DNA of 64,000 nucleotides from Daphnia carinata (Eukaryota): NCBI RefSeq assembly GCF_022539665.2, contig NC_081333.1, positions 6,572,001 to 6,636,000 of the forward strand, read 5' to 3'. Shown piece by piece: positions 1 to 12,470 of this stretch (position 1 is its first letter; each line of letters starts with the position of its first letter). The notes under the pieces were generated by a model. It saw only the letters and a program-made list of their open reading frames with translations, ran no database searches and was not told where the DNA came from. The position numbers and the translations under genes were made by a program.

Positions 1-2754
1 TTTTCTGCACTTGGGAAAGATTTTCGGTTGATCTTGCACCCGAGTAAAGGGATATTGCATCACAATTTTCAGTCATATGCAGTGGATGGTGATGGGGTGG
101 AAAAACCTATCCTTGGAGGTATATCAAAATATTAACAAAGTTAGTCATAATTTTAATTTATTGTCATACATTACTAGGGGAAACTGGATTCTACCAAGGT
201 AGAGTGTTTGGTGAAACACGTTCACATGTAAATGCACACATAGAAGATGGACTCTTAACTGCTTCAATTGTTACGAAAGAAGATTCTTTTCATGTTGAAG
301 TAGTGCCATAAATGCTATCTCCGTTGGCTATGTCATTATCTTATTATTTTTTTCTTTTCTTTGTTAGCCCTCATGGAGACACTTACCAGAGTCCAATCCA
401 GAATCCATGATTGTTTACAAAGGTTCTGATGTCATTTTTGATCATGAACCTCCCAAGTGGAATTTTTGGACATCAAATTCTGTTGAAAAAAACCATTCTT
501 TTGCTAGAACATGTGCATTTGTTCAAGAAGAAGGGAATGCTACAGGCAAACTGTTATAGAACTCTTGTTATAACAAAATAATTTTCATTTAGTACTTTCT
601 GTTTAGAAGAGGCAGTGCATGCGTCAGAGCAAGTAATGATATTGGAGGCGGAGAACAATGGTCGTAACAAACGACAAGCTGGTGTTGGGCCACCGGATCC
701 TTACGGTTTTAGTGCAGCCAAAACTCGTTGCCCTTTACTATTGGTTGCCGACTACCGCTTTTTCCGTGAAATGGGCGGGGGATCTACCAAGACAACCATA
801 AACTATTTGGTGGGTTAATCTTTCATTATTAAGTGCTACGAAATTTTAATTCCAATCAACTCTTACCATATTACAGATTAGCCTGGTGGATCGAGTTCAC
901 GCTCTGTATGCAGCCACAATATGGCGAGACGGTAATGAAAACGAAAGTGATTCTCCGGTATTATCGGGGTTAGGATTCGTGATCAAAAAGATCGTGGTGC
1001 ATACAGAGGCTACGCGAGTTAGGGAAAGCGAGCTTCACTACAATATGGAAAAACCGACTTGGGATGTTCGCACGCTCCTTGAAGTAATTCAGTTTCCTGG
1101 CTAAACTTCATTCTACTGTTATTATGCATAATTTCCGTTCTGTTTGAAAATAGGTTTTCAGCCGAGAATATAGCCATAAAGACTATTGTCTAGCACACTT
1201 ATTCACAGACATTAAATTTGAGGGAGGCATATTAGGTTTGGCATATGTTGGAAGCCCTAGGCGCAATTCAGTTGGCGGGATCTGCACGCCAGGTAAATAT
1301 TTTGGATATGTTTGTTATTCTTGTCTTTCTATTTATTTTATTTCATTTACCATTATATGTTTCAATTCATTCCTAAAAGAATACTTCAAAAGCGGTTACA
1401 CGCTTTATTTAAACTCTGGGTTAAGCTCTTCACGCAATCATTATGGTCAAAGGGTAGTAACGAGAGAAGCAGACTTAGTGACGGCTCATGAGTTAGGACA
1501 CAACTGGGGTTCAGAGCACGACCCGGATTTACCCGAATGTAGCCCACCTGCTTCGCAAGGCGGTTCCTACTTGATGTACACTTACTCAGTTTCGGGTTAT
1601 GACGTCAACAACAAGGTAAAATTCTTATACTATATGTTGTCCGGTTAATCAATAATTCACCTCATTCCCGATCTTCAAGAAATTTTCGCCTTGTTCTTTG
1701 AGATCTATACGAGCTGTTCTGCTTGCAAAAGCTGGTCGTTGCTTCACGGAACCAGAAGAATCCTTCTGTGGAAACTTACGTGTTGAAGGAAAAGAAGAGT
1801 GTGATGCCGGTTTACTGGGGTCCGAGGACAATGACAGTTGTTGCGACAAGTTTTGTAATTTGCGCCGCAACCAGGGTGCTGTATGTAGTGACAAGAACTC
1901 TCCGTGCTGCAAAAACTGTATGCTGATGCCAGCCGGTCAGAAATGTCGCGAAGCTCAAAGAGCCACCTGCGAACAAGAGGCTAAGTGCACAGGTAAAGGG
2001 ATCTTCCCTTTTTGTAGCATTGACGTTTAGCTATTGATTCACGCTTGTCTATTCTTCAATTGACAGGTACCAGTTCTGAGTGTCCAGCCTCGGCACCACA
2101 ACCAGACGGTACCGAGTGCTTAGAAAAGGGTCAATGTCGTAACGGAACTTGTCTGCCATTCTGCGAAACACAGAACTATCAGTCGTGCATGTGTGATACC
2201 GTCGCAGACGCATGCAAGCGTTGCTGCCGTTATCACCTCAATGATACTTGCTTTCCGTTTGAGCCCTACGATATTCTGCCTGACGGCACACCATGCGTTC
2301 ATGGGTTCTGTAATAGCGTAAGTATCTACCTGTGACAGCCTAATTATATTTTGATTTCTGCTATTATTTAATTGATTTTCGTGGGATAGGGGATCTGTGA
2401 GAAAACTGTTCAAGATATTGTGGAACGATTTTGGGATATCGTTGAGGAACTGAGCATTAATCGTGTTTTAGCTATGCTTAAAGACAACTTAGTTGGAGCT
2501 GTATTGATAGTTTCTACTCTTCTATGGATCCCAGCTTCCTGTCTCATTAGCTGGGTAAGCCAGACAAAGTTGTTAGCATGCTTTTGAAAATAAATAAAAA
2601 TTTATTTTTGATTGTTAAGGTTGATCGCAAACGTAAGCGACAGTTGGAGACAGAGGAAGCCTGGCTGAGATCAGGTGAGCTGATCCATCCATCAGAAAAT
2701 GGAACTCGTCGAATCATACACGCCCGTCCTCGGCCTTCACAGCAACAACGTTAG
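1..2754 (+). CDS. ADAM17: ADAM17/TACE metalloprotease, multi-exon, 5' end outside window; apparently intact
   Basis: Spliced frame reads pro-domain (PSWRHL, RNKR furin-type site), zinc motif [12 protein letters not shown], disintegrin ([15 protein letters not shown]), membrane-proximal domain, TM segment ([22 protein letters not shown]) and short tail. Stop TAG at 2752-2754. Introns are GT-AG of ~55-90 nt except one probable GC-AG (546-606). Confidence 0.95.
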
Positions 2755-3479
2755 AGAAGATAGGTTTTCCTGCCTGTTTTGTATTGCGATGCGATTCAAC
2801 TTTTCGTATATTGTACAAGCTTTGCAATCTTCGTTAACCCTTATTTATTTGCTTGTATTTTATAATTAAAATCCCATCTAACGATACGAGGTTTGCATTT
2901 CTCAATCAATTGCCAGTTAGAGGGGCGAGTTGAAAATCCTCATTTATTCCGTTCAATCGTACTTGTGTCTGCCCTTTTTTGCTATGATTTACATGACTTT
3001 TGTCTGTTTTGTTTCTAGTCACATAAGTGTTTCGTGTAAGTGACTCACCATCTGTGTATGCAAAACACTGAATAAATGTTAATTCTTTCTGAGATACATT
3101 TTACACGTTGAACGATATGCCAACAGCTGGAAAGTTGTCTGCTATATATGACATTACCTTTGATGCATTGGGTAACAAAACTGAACATGTATCATTAAGA
3201 TTTCAAAGAATAGAATAACGGAAGAAAAGCACAAGTACATTAACAACGATATTTATTCACTTTGGCGCGCGTTGCCCTATTTTTACAGTCGCAGATTTAC
3301 CGTAAAGCTTGCAGTATATAATGGGTTAATCCGTTTTCGAATTCAGTCAGAAATCATTAGTAAATAATTTCCAGAAAACTATTTTTTCAACTAAATTAAA
3401 TTGAGGGGGGGAGGGCTTTTTATCCTTCAAGATCAGTAGACGACAGTTAGTCGAAGAGCGGTCAACCTCAGGGGTCGTT

Positions 3480-5030
3480 TAAATCATGCCTTGGTGCAAG
3501 TCTTGTAAGTGTGAGGAAAATGGCTATTGATGCAGTGTATACCAGCGGTTAGTGATGCGTCTCAACGAGGAGACAACAGGGTTCGAGACCTCGTCATCGT
3601 ACACGTTCAGTTGCGATCCAGAAAGAAGACCTTAATGAATGGACATATTCATCACCTTTCTCCTACACCAAGCCCGGGAAAGGGCGACTGAACACAGCGT
3701 ATCCACATCAGTCGCTCAAATGGATGGGCAAAAATACGTCCTGCCCAAGCACATTCCCGTCATACGCTGATTCCTCAAGAGCCATACCGAAGGAAAGTTG
3801 GATGTAACCAACGGTTTGCGGAATGCGGGGATTTTATAATGCTTACGAATCGTCTGAAGCACCTGTTCTCCCAGCATCGTTGCTCTGGATGTTTCCTGCC
3901 GTTGGCGGCCGCCAGATACACAAATCTTATGGACTGCTCTCCGGGCATTGCTACCTGTACAAATCGTCCGAACGTCATAAAATCCTTAGCGGACCTCGGA
4001 GTATTACTTAGGAAAATTAAGGTCTACGTGACTGATCCCAGAACCAAGAACACCTCATCGGTGTTCATGTTTCGCCTTTAGTTGCAACACAGATATTTTT
4101 TCTAATTTCATTGTGCCAGTAAGCTATACAGGTGGACCCGCTGCCACCTACAATGCTGCCCTCAACGGGTAGGATTTTGGAGGGCACGGCCTGTCTGAGA
4201 TTAGTCTGCTGCCCAAGTCCTGATCTGTGCCGTTCGTTTCACTACGTTGAAATAAAGTTTCATCGGGTCCCATCACGCATTTTTTCATTATCACTTTAAC
4301 CCCTCATTTCATTTTAATGCCCGCTCTAGCTGCATGTAGACTGTAGAGTGCCGTACAGTCAATTCATCTAAGTTTACCCGTCAACACTAAAGGACGGCCC
4401 TTGAAGAGAAAGGGAGAGTGCACTCAACTGAAGAAGAGCCCAAGCGAAGTATTGCAAATAATTTGAAAAAAGTGAAAATGACGAAATCAAAGCTAGTCGA
4501 ATATGCAACAAGAAAAATTGGCAGCTAGTTTTTTGTTAAGGTAGAGTATTGTGGATTTTTCTTTATTTCTTCATTTAAATTCAGGGGAAACCTTGGCCAC
4601 ACAAAGTTGTTGGTTACTGCAACACGCCACTGGTCCGTTGTTCAAGACATTTTTTATGGTACATCTGCGCATCTTTTGAGTACAGGTATTGGTAAAGGCG
4701 CACTACTTCATAAACCGCGAATGCAATGTCAGGTGGTGTAGACACCATGATATCCGTCAAACTACCTACATCTACCTTATATTTCGGCAAATGTATTGAT
4801 TCGAAGGGATACTTTTTAATTACATTTCACCATGTTGAATCTTTGAAGAATGTGTTGAATATAGTGCGACTAATAGAGGAAAAGTCGTTATCGGCGGTTT
4901 CAGAGATCTGCAGGCCGACAAATATTTTAGCAGGAACTGATGTGATTTCAATAGTTAATCTGAGACATGGAAAAACACTGCAAATTGTGTGCTCCTTGTA
5001 GCTCCCAATCAGGCCTCCATGAGCTTAAAT
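3480..5030 (+). pseudogene. Degraded coding-like sequence of unknown family (three copies)
   Basis: Short protein-like frames broken by stops and indels (e.g. NRPNVIKSLADL, MTKxKLVEYATRKIG) and an apparent GT-AG intron near 4541-4584. No family recognised. Confidence 0.3.
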
Positions 5031-6194
5031 CACTATACTAGTTAGGCCATTATAACCTGTAGATATTAAAAACGGAAAATATTGATGACCCTTTAGGAAA
5101 CAAGTCCGTTTTTTTTTTCCTTTCCTTTTTTTCCAGTTTCTCCTTATTTGGGTTTGCGTGCATGGGCGAGAAAGGCATTCCCCGGTATGTGTAGCGGTTG
5201 ACTCTTACCTTGTTTGAATAAATCTGCATAGTAATCACCTTGACTGCATTCCATAACAACTTTGATGCGGGTGAATTATAACAAAAATCAAAGTGCAAAT
5301 ACCCAGAATACCAGTGACATTCAATTGACATTGAGGTTATTTCGCTGATTGCGATCGTCATTCTCCCGCATTCATCAGTGCATTTCATTTGTCAAAAGAA
5401 ATCCAAAGAACTGTTTTCAGTCTCAGCAAAATGGGTGGGATAGAAATTCGTCATAATTTTGAAAAAAAGACAAAAGCCAAACAACAGCAGTCGTAATGAC
5501 AAACTAACTGGTGTGAAGGGTGGAACGGAGTCGGCTGCATCAGACAACGCAATTCAAGTTCGTCCGTGACTTTAATTCGACCTTCAGATTCGCACTCAGG
5601 CGTTTTGTAAATGTAAAACATTTTACTTGTATTCTCATCAATTGTAATTGCTCGATCCATCATTATAAACATTGGCGTGTCGCGGAACACAACCTGTTTT
5701 TTTTTTTTTATTCCGCTGTTTGAACAGGGTTGAGTGTTGGAACTCGATCTGGTTTGGCGAGCGTTCACCTGACCATCAAACAAACGAAAGGAATAAGAAA
5801 CAAAAGAAAATAGTTTACAAGCATGGAATATCTATAGACTTGTGCGATTGGATGCCACACGTACTGCAAATTCAACTTCCATTGTATATCTACAAGACAA
5901 CGTATGGCAAACGTATTGAACATACTAAGTCTGTATACACTGCGGGACAATGACAGCTGTTTACAGCAGAGGAAGGTGGGGCATTTTGAATTATTCCGTA
6001 CAAAAACGGATATTAATGGTATCCTTTTATTTATTTTTTTTTTTTTCAAATTAAAATTACGTTTATTTGAATGAAGGCAAACGCCAAATGTCACAGGATA
6101 ACTGAGTTTTTGTATTTTTGATGTGACTAGTATCGATTTAAAAGGTTTGAACACAGCAAAATGAGAGCTGAAACAGCAATAAGTGTACCCATTC

Positions 6195-7635
6195 TTATAA
6201 ATCCTCCCTGTATAAATAGACGGGAAGCAACGGCCAGTCTTTCTCCCGCAGACTTGTCTGAACATGTTCAATCGAGAACTGGAATTTCTTCCGTTGATCT
6301 GCTGTCAGCGGTACCCTGTCGCAACAAGACGATTTTCAAAGGAACAATGAATTCATTGGCTGAACATTTATGAGTAACTTGTGACGCTATCAAATCTTAT
6401 TTTGAACTTACACGGGTTTCTTCAAACGTTTGCGGTCCTTGCGATTCTTGTGTCGCAGAGCGCAACGCAACCTCTCCGGATCGACAGGTGGACGATGAGG
6501 ATCACTGAAACGAAGGACGTCCAACAAACGTTTCAGTTCGGCCGCAGTGTCTTCGAGTAGCAGACGCTCGTAGAAGAGGACAGTGCCATTCTGGATGGTC
6601 TCAATCCAGCCGACTGCGTGATCGGCCCACATATTGGCTACGTAATCAACGAATGCTTCCCACTTAGGGCCAGAGAAATATTTTTCTGACACTACGCCAG
6701 TTTTATTTTCTGACGTAGCCAAGAAATGAGCATAAGTGAACATTGTGTCTACGGGGTTTCGTAGGAGAAGTACTCCTCGGTATCCATACAAGAAACTACG
6801 TACGGGACCTCTTTTGCCAGTGTTTTTCGTTGTTTCATTTCCCTTGATCTCCGTCAAACGTTGAACGACAAAGTTAGCTGACTAAAATGCTTTTTAATTC
6901 ACTTTATCAGATAGTGACCCCATTGAAACTTCCAATCGGGAGAACGCGAACAGGTCCAGCAATGTCGTGATCCTTGATGAGAATCGTTCATTCGCATTTG
7001 AGATTTGCATTGCTGCTTGAATGATTTCCTACATTCGCGAATTAAAACATTTCGAAACGCTAATAATAAAATCACAGCACGAACAAAAGGACTCTTCACC
7101 TGTTAACACGATCGGCTTGTCTGCACGTCCGTAAACGCTGCCCGTGTAGATTCTGTTCATGTACGAAGTGAAATAGTGCATTACTCATACAGTGCATCAT
7201 TCCTGACTCACCCTGTTACACCTTCGATCAGCTGACGTGTCCACGTCACCCCACCCCCGGGGAATGAAGTTAACGCCCATTTCGGCCTGGTGCGATTTCG
7301 TGCAAACTACAAAAAAGCACAGATTCATTTCTTTTAGCCTTTTGATTGACTTTCTTTTGGTTGTAGAGTACGAGGAGAACTTGTACCTGAACAGGGAAAT
7401 GTTGACAGGTAGGATCACCAATCCAAGGATAGCTCGCGTGGTCTGGATCGATGATATAATCGGGAGGTAAAGTAAAGTTTTTCTCGTCCCTGGCAATCAG
7501 CCAAGAATTTCCAAACGTGCCGATGATCGAGCCAACGATGTGTGATCCTTCGTAGTTCAGCTGATGTAATGAGAAAATTGAAACACGTGCTGTTGCTAAT
7601 GCAATTGCATACAATTCTTTACGACGTAGTTTCAT
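6195..7635 (-). pseudogene. WSCD-family (sialate:O-sulfotransferase-like) sulfotransferase, disabled, copy 1
   Basis: Exons give YPWIGDPTCQHFPVQ / FARNRTRPKWALTSFPGGGVTWTRQLIEGVTG (5' PAPS-binding loop) / IYTGSVY / GVLLLRNP...FYERL...RLRCAL / last exon VPLTADQRKKF...LPVYLYREDL*. In-frame TGA near 6988 (TGC in copy 2) and further stops near 6880-6910. Confidence 0.8.
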
Positions 7636-8095
7636 CTCGATCGATGCATACACTGAGAGAACTTCGTCTAAAACGACGAAGGGAAATAAACAACCTGAAA
7701 AATATGGAAATTTTAAACGTCCTATTAGCTGAGTGACTGTTCGAAATTGTCCTGAATTTGGAAAACAGGTGTCGAATGCTTCACAGATACATCAACAGGT
7801 GTGGTTGTACACTGGTACAGTCCTGCAGAAAAAGCCTAACAGCTTTTTTTTAAGCCATCTGTGGACAAAATATTTTAATTATTGATAATGATCAAACGAT
7901 GGGAAATGAAAAAGAAATTTTCGTCTTCGACTTGGGAAATTTTATTGGCAAAAAGCAATCGCAGAAATCGATGTAACACAGTGAGTAATTCAACAACCGT
8001 TTAAGTGGACAGGATAATACGTATAGTTTATGGAGATCTCGTTGGTTCGTTGAACAAGGCGCCCAGCGCCATTAGCCACCAACCTCTTCCGTTTT

Positions 8096-9586
8096 CTACA
8101 CGAATAATGGAAGGCAAAATTTCGTGTTGTTTCGAATCAAAACAGATTGAACATGAAATGCCAGCGTTTTATTGCTGTTGGTTGGTGAAATCAATTTCGC
8201 CACACTGGCTGGACTGGAATCGACGGAAAGAGCAGAGGCTTCGATGGCAGCCGCATCAGCGACCGCAGTGCCGTTGGACTTTTGTCCTTCTCGCCATCCT
8301 AGGTAATTGCTGTCGTAACCACTTTCTGTAGCCAATTTTCGAAATTAGCAAATAAAAGAAATCGTTAATAACAAAGTCACATCAGTGAAAAAAAAACATG
8401 TTTTCATTTGATTAATTTTCGCACGTGAAAAAAGGAATCGCATGGCGGACGTGTTGCAATTTTGTGTTTTACATACCAATGCTAAGGCTGTTGTATCCTG
8501 AATGCCCATACGCGACATGTTGTCCGCCGCCAACATTGTTCCCGTACAGTCCCGTATTGTATCCCGTATTGTATCCCGTGTTTCCGTAGCCGGTGTTCGT
8601 GCCATGGCCGTTATGGCCTTCGTATCCAGCATTGATTCCAATGTTTGTGCCGTACCCAGTATTTGTTCCATATCCAGTGTTAGTTCCGTATCCAGTGTTG
8701 CTTCCGTATCCAGTGTTCGTTCCATGGCCGGTATTGATTCCATAACCTGCGTTCGATCCGTTATCCCGTGTTTATTCCGGATCCCGTACCATAGCCGGTG
8801 CTGCCGTAGCCGGTGTTGCCGAAGCCAGTGTTGCCGAAGCCAGTGTTGCTGGAGCCAATGTTGGCGTAGCCGGTGTTGCCGTAACCGCTCTGACCATAGT
8901 TGATGTTTTGGCCGTATCCGGCATTGGCTCTCGGAGTATGGTAACCACTTCCGCCATATTCTGATACAAACGCGATAGGAATTACTATTTAATAATTTCA
9001 CTTTGTAAATTCTTCAATCATTCCCAAGAGTTAAATCGTGATGATTAAAGAAAAACTCATTACCACCAGCAGCGTTGTTGGCATGGTATTTTGGTGGCCA
9101 AGCTGTTGGTGGTGCGTGGTAAGACTGCTACTTTGCTGTTGATGGCTGCTGCTCTGTTCTTGGTAAACTGTACTGCTCTGTGATTGACCTATCCGCCAAA
9201 ACAATGGTTTGTTTTAAAATAAAATTCAATTGTTCAATTTCAAAATGAATCGGATTCTCTCATTACTTGCTTGGTGACCGTAATTGGGACGATAACGCTC
9301 GTCAACCTTTTCACCTTCAGCCAATTCGGATGGTGCGGCCAGCTCGTCCACAGGTGCCACAGCATCCAGCACCTCCGGTGAGACAAGGAGGGGAGCCTCA
9401 TCTTCAGGGTACGGCATGGCAACGGCCAACGCCAACATCAATAACTATCGATACAATATGTTGGAATGAAAATCAAACCTTTCGTGATTTCCACGGTAAA
9501 CGTGAGACATTTAAAATCAGAAATGAAATTCGAAAACAAAGAAAAATTCTATGAAAATGACTTACCGTAAACACGAAGCGAAACAT
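8096..9586 (-). pseudogene. Secreted Gly/Tyr/Asn/Thr-rich (GNTGY/NTGY-repeat) protein, cuticle/structural-like, copy 1
   Basis: Signal peptide MFRFVFT|LLMLALAVAMP, acidic segment PEDEAPLL..., repeat exon GQSGYGNTGY...NTGY, last exon ESGYDSNYLGWREG. A 1-nt insertion near 8761 creates TAA and a frameshift relative to copy 2. Confidence 0.75.
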
Positions 9587-9683
9587 TTTGCCTAGGACTA
9601 TGGAGAGCTTCTCTTCCGGCGGATGATGTGATCGCTTGGCCGGTTGGTGTGCGGATGTATCTAACACGGTTTGGATGGTGCCG

Positions 9684-9691
9684 TATTTATA
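9684..9691 (-). promoter_or_regulatory. TATA box of the NTGY-repeat gene
   Basis: TATAAATA on the minus strand ~100 nt upstream of the ATG (9586). Conserved in copy 2 (33332-33339). Confidence 0.55.
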
Positions 9692-9902
9692 GTCAAACCG
9701 ACTGTACCGAGCGATGGGAACAAAGCAACAGTGTCAGCATGCGAAGATCGATCCGGCATATAGGTAAGAAGAACTTAATGACCTGTGTGTGTGTGTGAAA
9801 AAATAAGGAAAAGGACCGAAGCTATTTGAAAAACCCAACACCTCTTGTGGGGTGTTATGCTGCCTATTGAGCAAAGTATGCATTAAAAAAAGAGCTTTTT
9901 TT

Positions 9903-10545
9903 AGTCGGCTTGTATTCGTTTCCCTTTTTAAAAAACCGATGGCGTTAACTCATTACTTAAATGGTTCACAAAACATTTATCTCGTATCCTATTTTAATTT
10001 AAATTGCTGGGGAACATGAATTATGTTGAATCTAATACAGTTCATTTACTTAAATACTATTAAAGCAAAATCAGAATATGTAAGAGCTGAATATAATGTA
10101 ACGATAGTTGTATGAAATAGTAAGCATTATTGCAATTGGAAAAGTTCGTTATGACCACATAAAGTGCAATATAAGTAATAAATATTTATGTAGTATGTCT
10201 AATAGAATTTTGTTAAATGAACTCTATTAAATGCAAAATAGTTCATGTTCTCCTGCAATTTAAATAAAAATAGGACAAAAAAAAATTTTGTGAACCATTT
10301 AAGTAATGAGTTAACACCATCGGTATTTTATTAAAAAGGAAAATGGATATAAGCCGACGCTTTTACACAATATATTGTCTACCGGATTGGAGGCTCATGG
10401 TTCCAATTGGAACAATTTTAGAAAATAGGGCTATCTCTAATAGAAATAGGACTAATGCCTTGGAAAAATAGGACTGACCTAAATTATTTATAATTCAGTC
10501 ATATTTTTCCCATTCCTATTTCGGTTCAGTCCTATTTCACCCCCA
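9903..10545. mobile_element. Foldback MITE remnant (AAATAGGACTG family)
   Basis: Long imperfect palindrome (~9903-10360) plus AAATAGGACT/AGTCCTATTT repeats. Homologous to 40835-41638, 42560-43060 and the arms of 36291-39010. Confidence 0.75.
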
Positions 10546-10647
10546 AACCCAATAAAAGCTAAAGTTTTTGAAATTGAATTTACAATATCCAATATTCAGT
10601 TGTCGTTTAATATTGATTTTATGTTTTAATTACATTCAAATGGGATT

Positions 10648-11026
10648 TCTTGCAACTATTGCCCTCTTTCGTCTGTTGTATGTTACAAGTGCTGCCATCT
10701 TGTGTTTGCATTCATCACCACGCTTGTCTCCCTTAATGTTACCTTTCCACCCCTAGAGGTCAGGTCGAACCTGAGTCGACCTCTGGCCTCTGTTTTATCA
10801 AACGGAGACTCGGGATTTGGCCCGACGTCCGACAGGACGTAAAGAGGGGGCTCTGCCGTTGGCTGGCCGCCCTCGTGTTAATCCTTTAAGAAGGTGCTCT
10901 GCAGGATTGCTGGCTTTCCTTCGCGATTGTGTTGTAAATAGTCTTATGCTATGTTGTGTGTATTTTGTATGTCCTTTGTTGTAATGTCTGTGTCGGTGTA
11001 AGAGAGTAAATGAAGAAACTGTAACA
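10648..11026. mobile_element. Probable solo LTR
   Basis: Absent from the paralogous site (~43160, CAAATGGAATTCAAATT). Flanked by a GATT duplication (10644-10647 and 11027-11030). Ends in TGTAACA and starts TCTTGCA (degenerate TG...CA). Confidence 0.6.
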
Positions 11027-11849
11027 GATTCAAATTAAAACTTATATAAAGCCGCTGGGTATATCGAAGACATATGTCACACAATGTTTTTCATCATGGG
11101 AGGTTCTAGGTACTAGCTGAGGATGATGTAAGAGGGACTGAAGAGCCTGTCAGGCAGCTACCAGGCGACCAAAAAGAAGGTTCTAAGAGGAATTTAGGAC
11201 GGTTATAGAGAAGACTAAGGAGGAAAGTAGGAAGTTCTGCAGAGGTACTAAGGAGCCCGTCGTGCCGTGTGGGTTCCGTTTCAAGGTGCAGGTGGCACTA
11301 TCAAAGTGACTCGAGAAAATCAATTATGCTCATTCGAAAATGCACTGGACAGGAGCAAATTGTTTTACTACACAATTTTCGTGTCAAATGCCTCTAGTCA
11401 AATGACAGGAATGAGCAGCGGTTCGAGGGTGATGATGATCTCCGATCTTCTTTTGTGGTAATCCTTCTACGTTGCTTCCCTCAACTACATACTTAAAAAA
11501 TTATATAGTTGAAAGTTGAATATAGTATTATATGGTTGAAGATTACATAGTATTTTGCTAGAACCGAGTCCATGAGGCCCTGATCGCCTTTTTGTCTGTT
11601 GCCTTGTTGTCTGCCACTACCGCATGGGCAAGGTTAATAATTTCATTAAATCATTATTCGTTGGTTTTACGCTTTAATCACCTTTCTTTTTGTAGGCAAA
11701 CCAACGAATGGGATGCCCCTGTTGTCTGAGACGTAAATGTAGCTGCGAAGAAGATTTTATGGTCGTAATATCCAAAGAGAAAATTTCCACGACCAAGTGG
11801 GCTCGACCCATTGAATCAAGAAGTGCATTTCGATAATCTAAGCATCAAC

Positions 11850-12470
11850 ATAAAAACAGAATTAGTGGGCGATCGACCCATCTTTTTCGAAAAACCGACC
11901 AAAGAACTCCTTCAACCTGGGTCGTGTTTTTTGGAACGATGATTTCCTCGGCCCATGGTAGTTCTCTGGCCAAAGGAGCGCTCTGGGCAACTTGGCGGTT
12001 TCTGGTCAGGTTTGATTTCCTACTGGAAACTCTTGAAAAACAAACGAAAGAGCAAGTTCTATGTTCTTTGGATAAAGTCATAACATTCTGCCGAGAGCGC
12101 CCTGGTATTGCCTGGAAAACAGAAAATGCTAGTACCCGTTTGCTGAAACTTTGTCTCCGACACGGTGCAAAAGACAGAGTCCTTCAGTTATTGGATATTC
12201 TAGGAGATACGGAAGGAATCTTATTGAAGCGATGGTGGACCTCCTGGTTGAAGTGATGTCGTCCGTCCACTGGAATGTGTGCAAGAGTTCTATAGGAAAA
12301 TTAATCTATTGCAATCGTGCTCAAGAATAAATGCGCCACTATTTGCGCTTAACCATTAAGTTGCTGAATATGGAAAATTACCAAGCAGCTACGGTTCTCA
12401 TGAGCAGCATCTGCATGATCTTGTTCACTGGTAACGTCATGGCTTCACTCGATATCCCTGTTTTATTTTA
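11850..12470 (+). pseudogene. Fragments of an unidentified helical protein gene
   Basis: Broken frames (FDFLLETLEKQTKEQVLCSLDKVITFCRE; HYLRLTIKLLNMENYQAA) with a paralog at ~43980-44760. Family not recognised. Confidence 0.4.

Larger units (their letters stand above)
1320..9890. repeat. Segmental duplication block A, copy 1 (ADAM17 3' half, unknown degraded sequence, WSCD gene, NTGY-repeat gene)
   Basis: Colinear near-identical sequence at ~24990-33537 and, partially, ~52665-56428. Ends approximate. Confidence 0.95.

Noticed and set aside
6986..6990. TGA aligned to Cys as a possible selenocysteine codon
   Set aside because: The gene has other stops and frame breaks and I identified no SECIS; a nonsense mutation is simpler.
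8345..9001. Long ORFs with RQHWL or SVSSV repeats
   Set aside because: Off-frame and antisense shadows of the NTGY-repeat exon.
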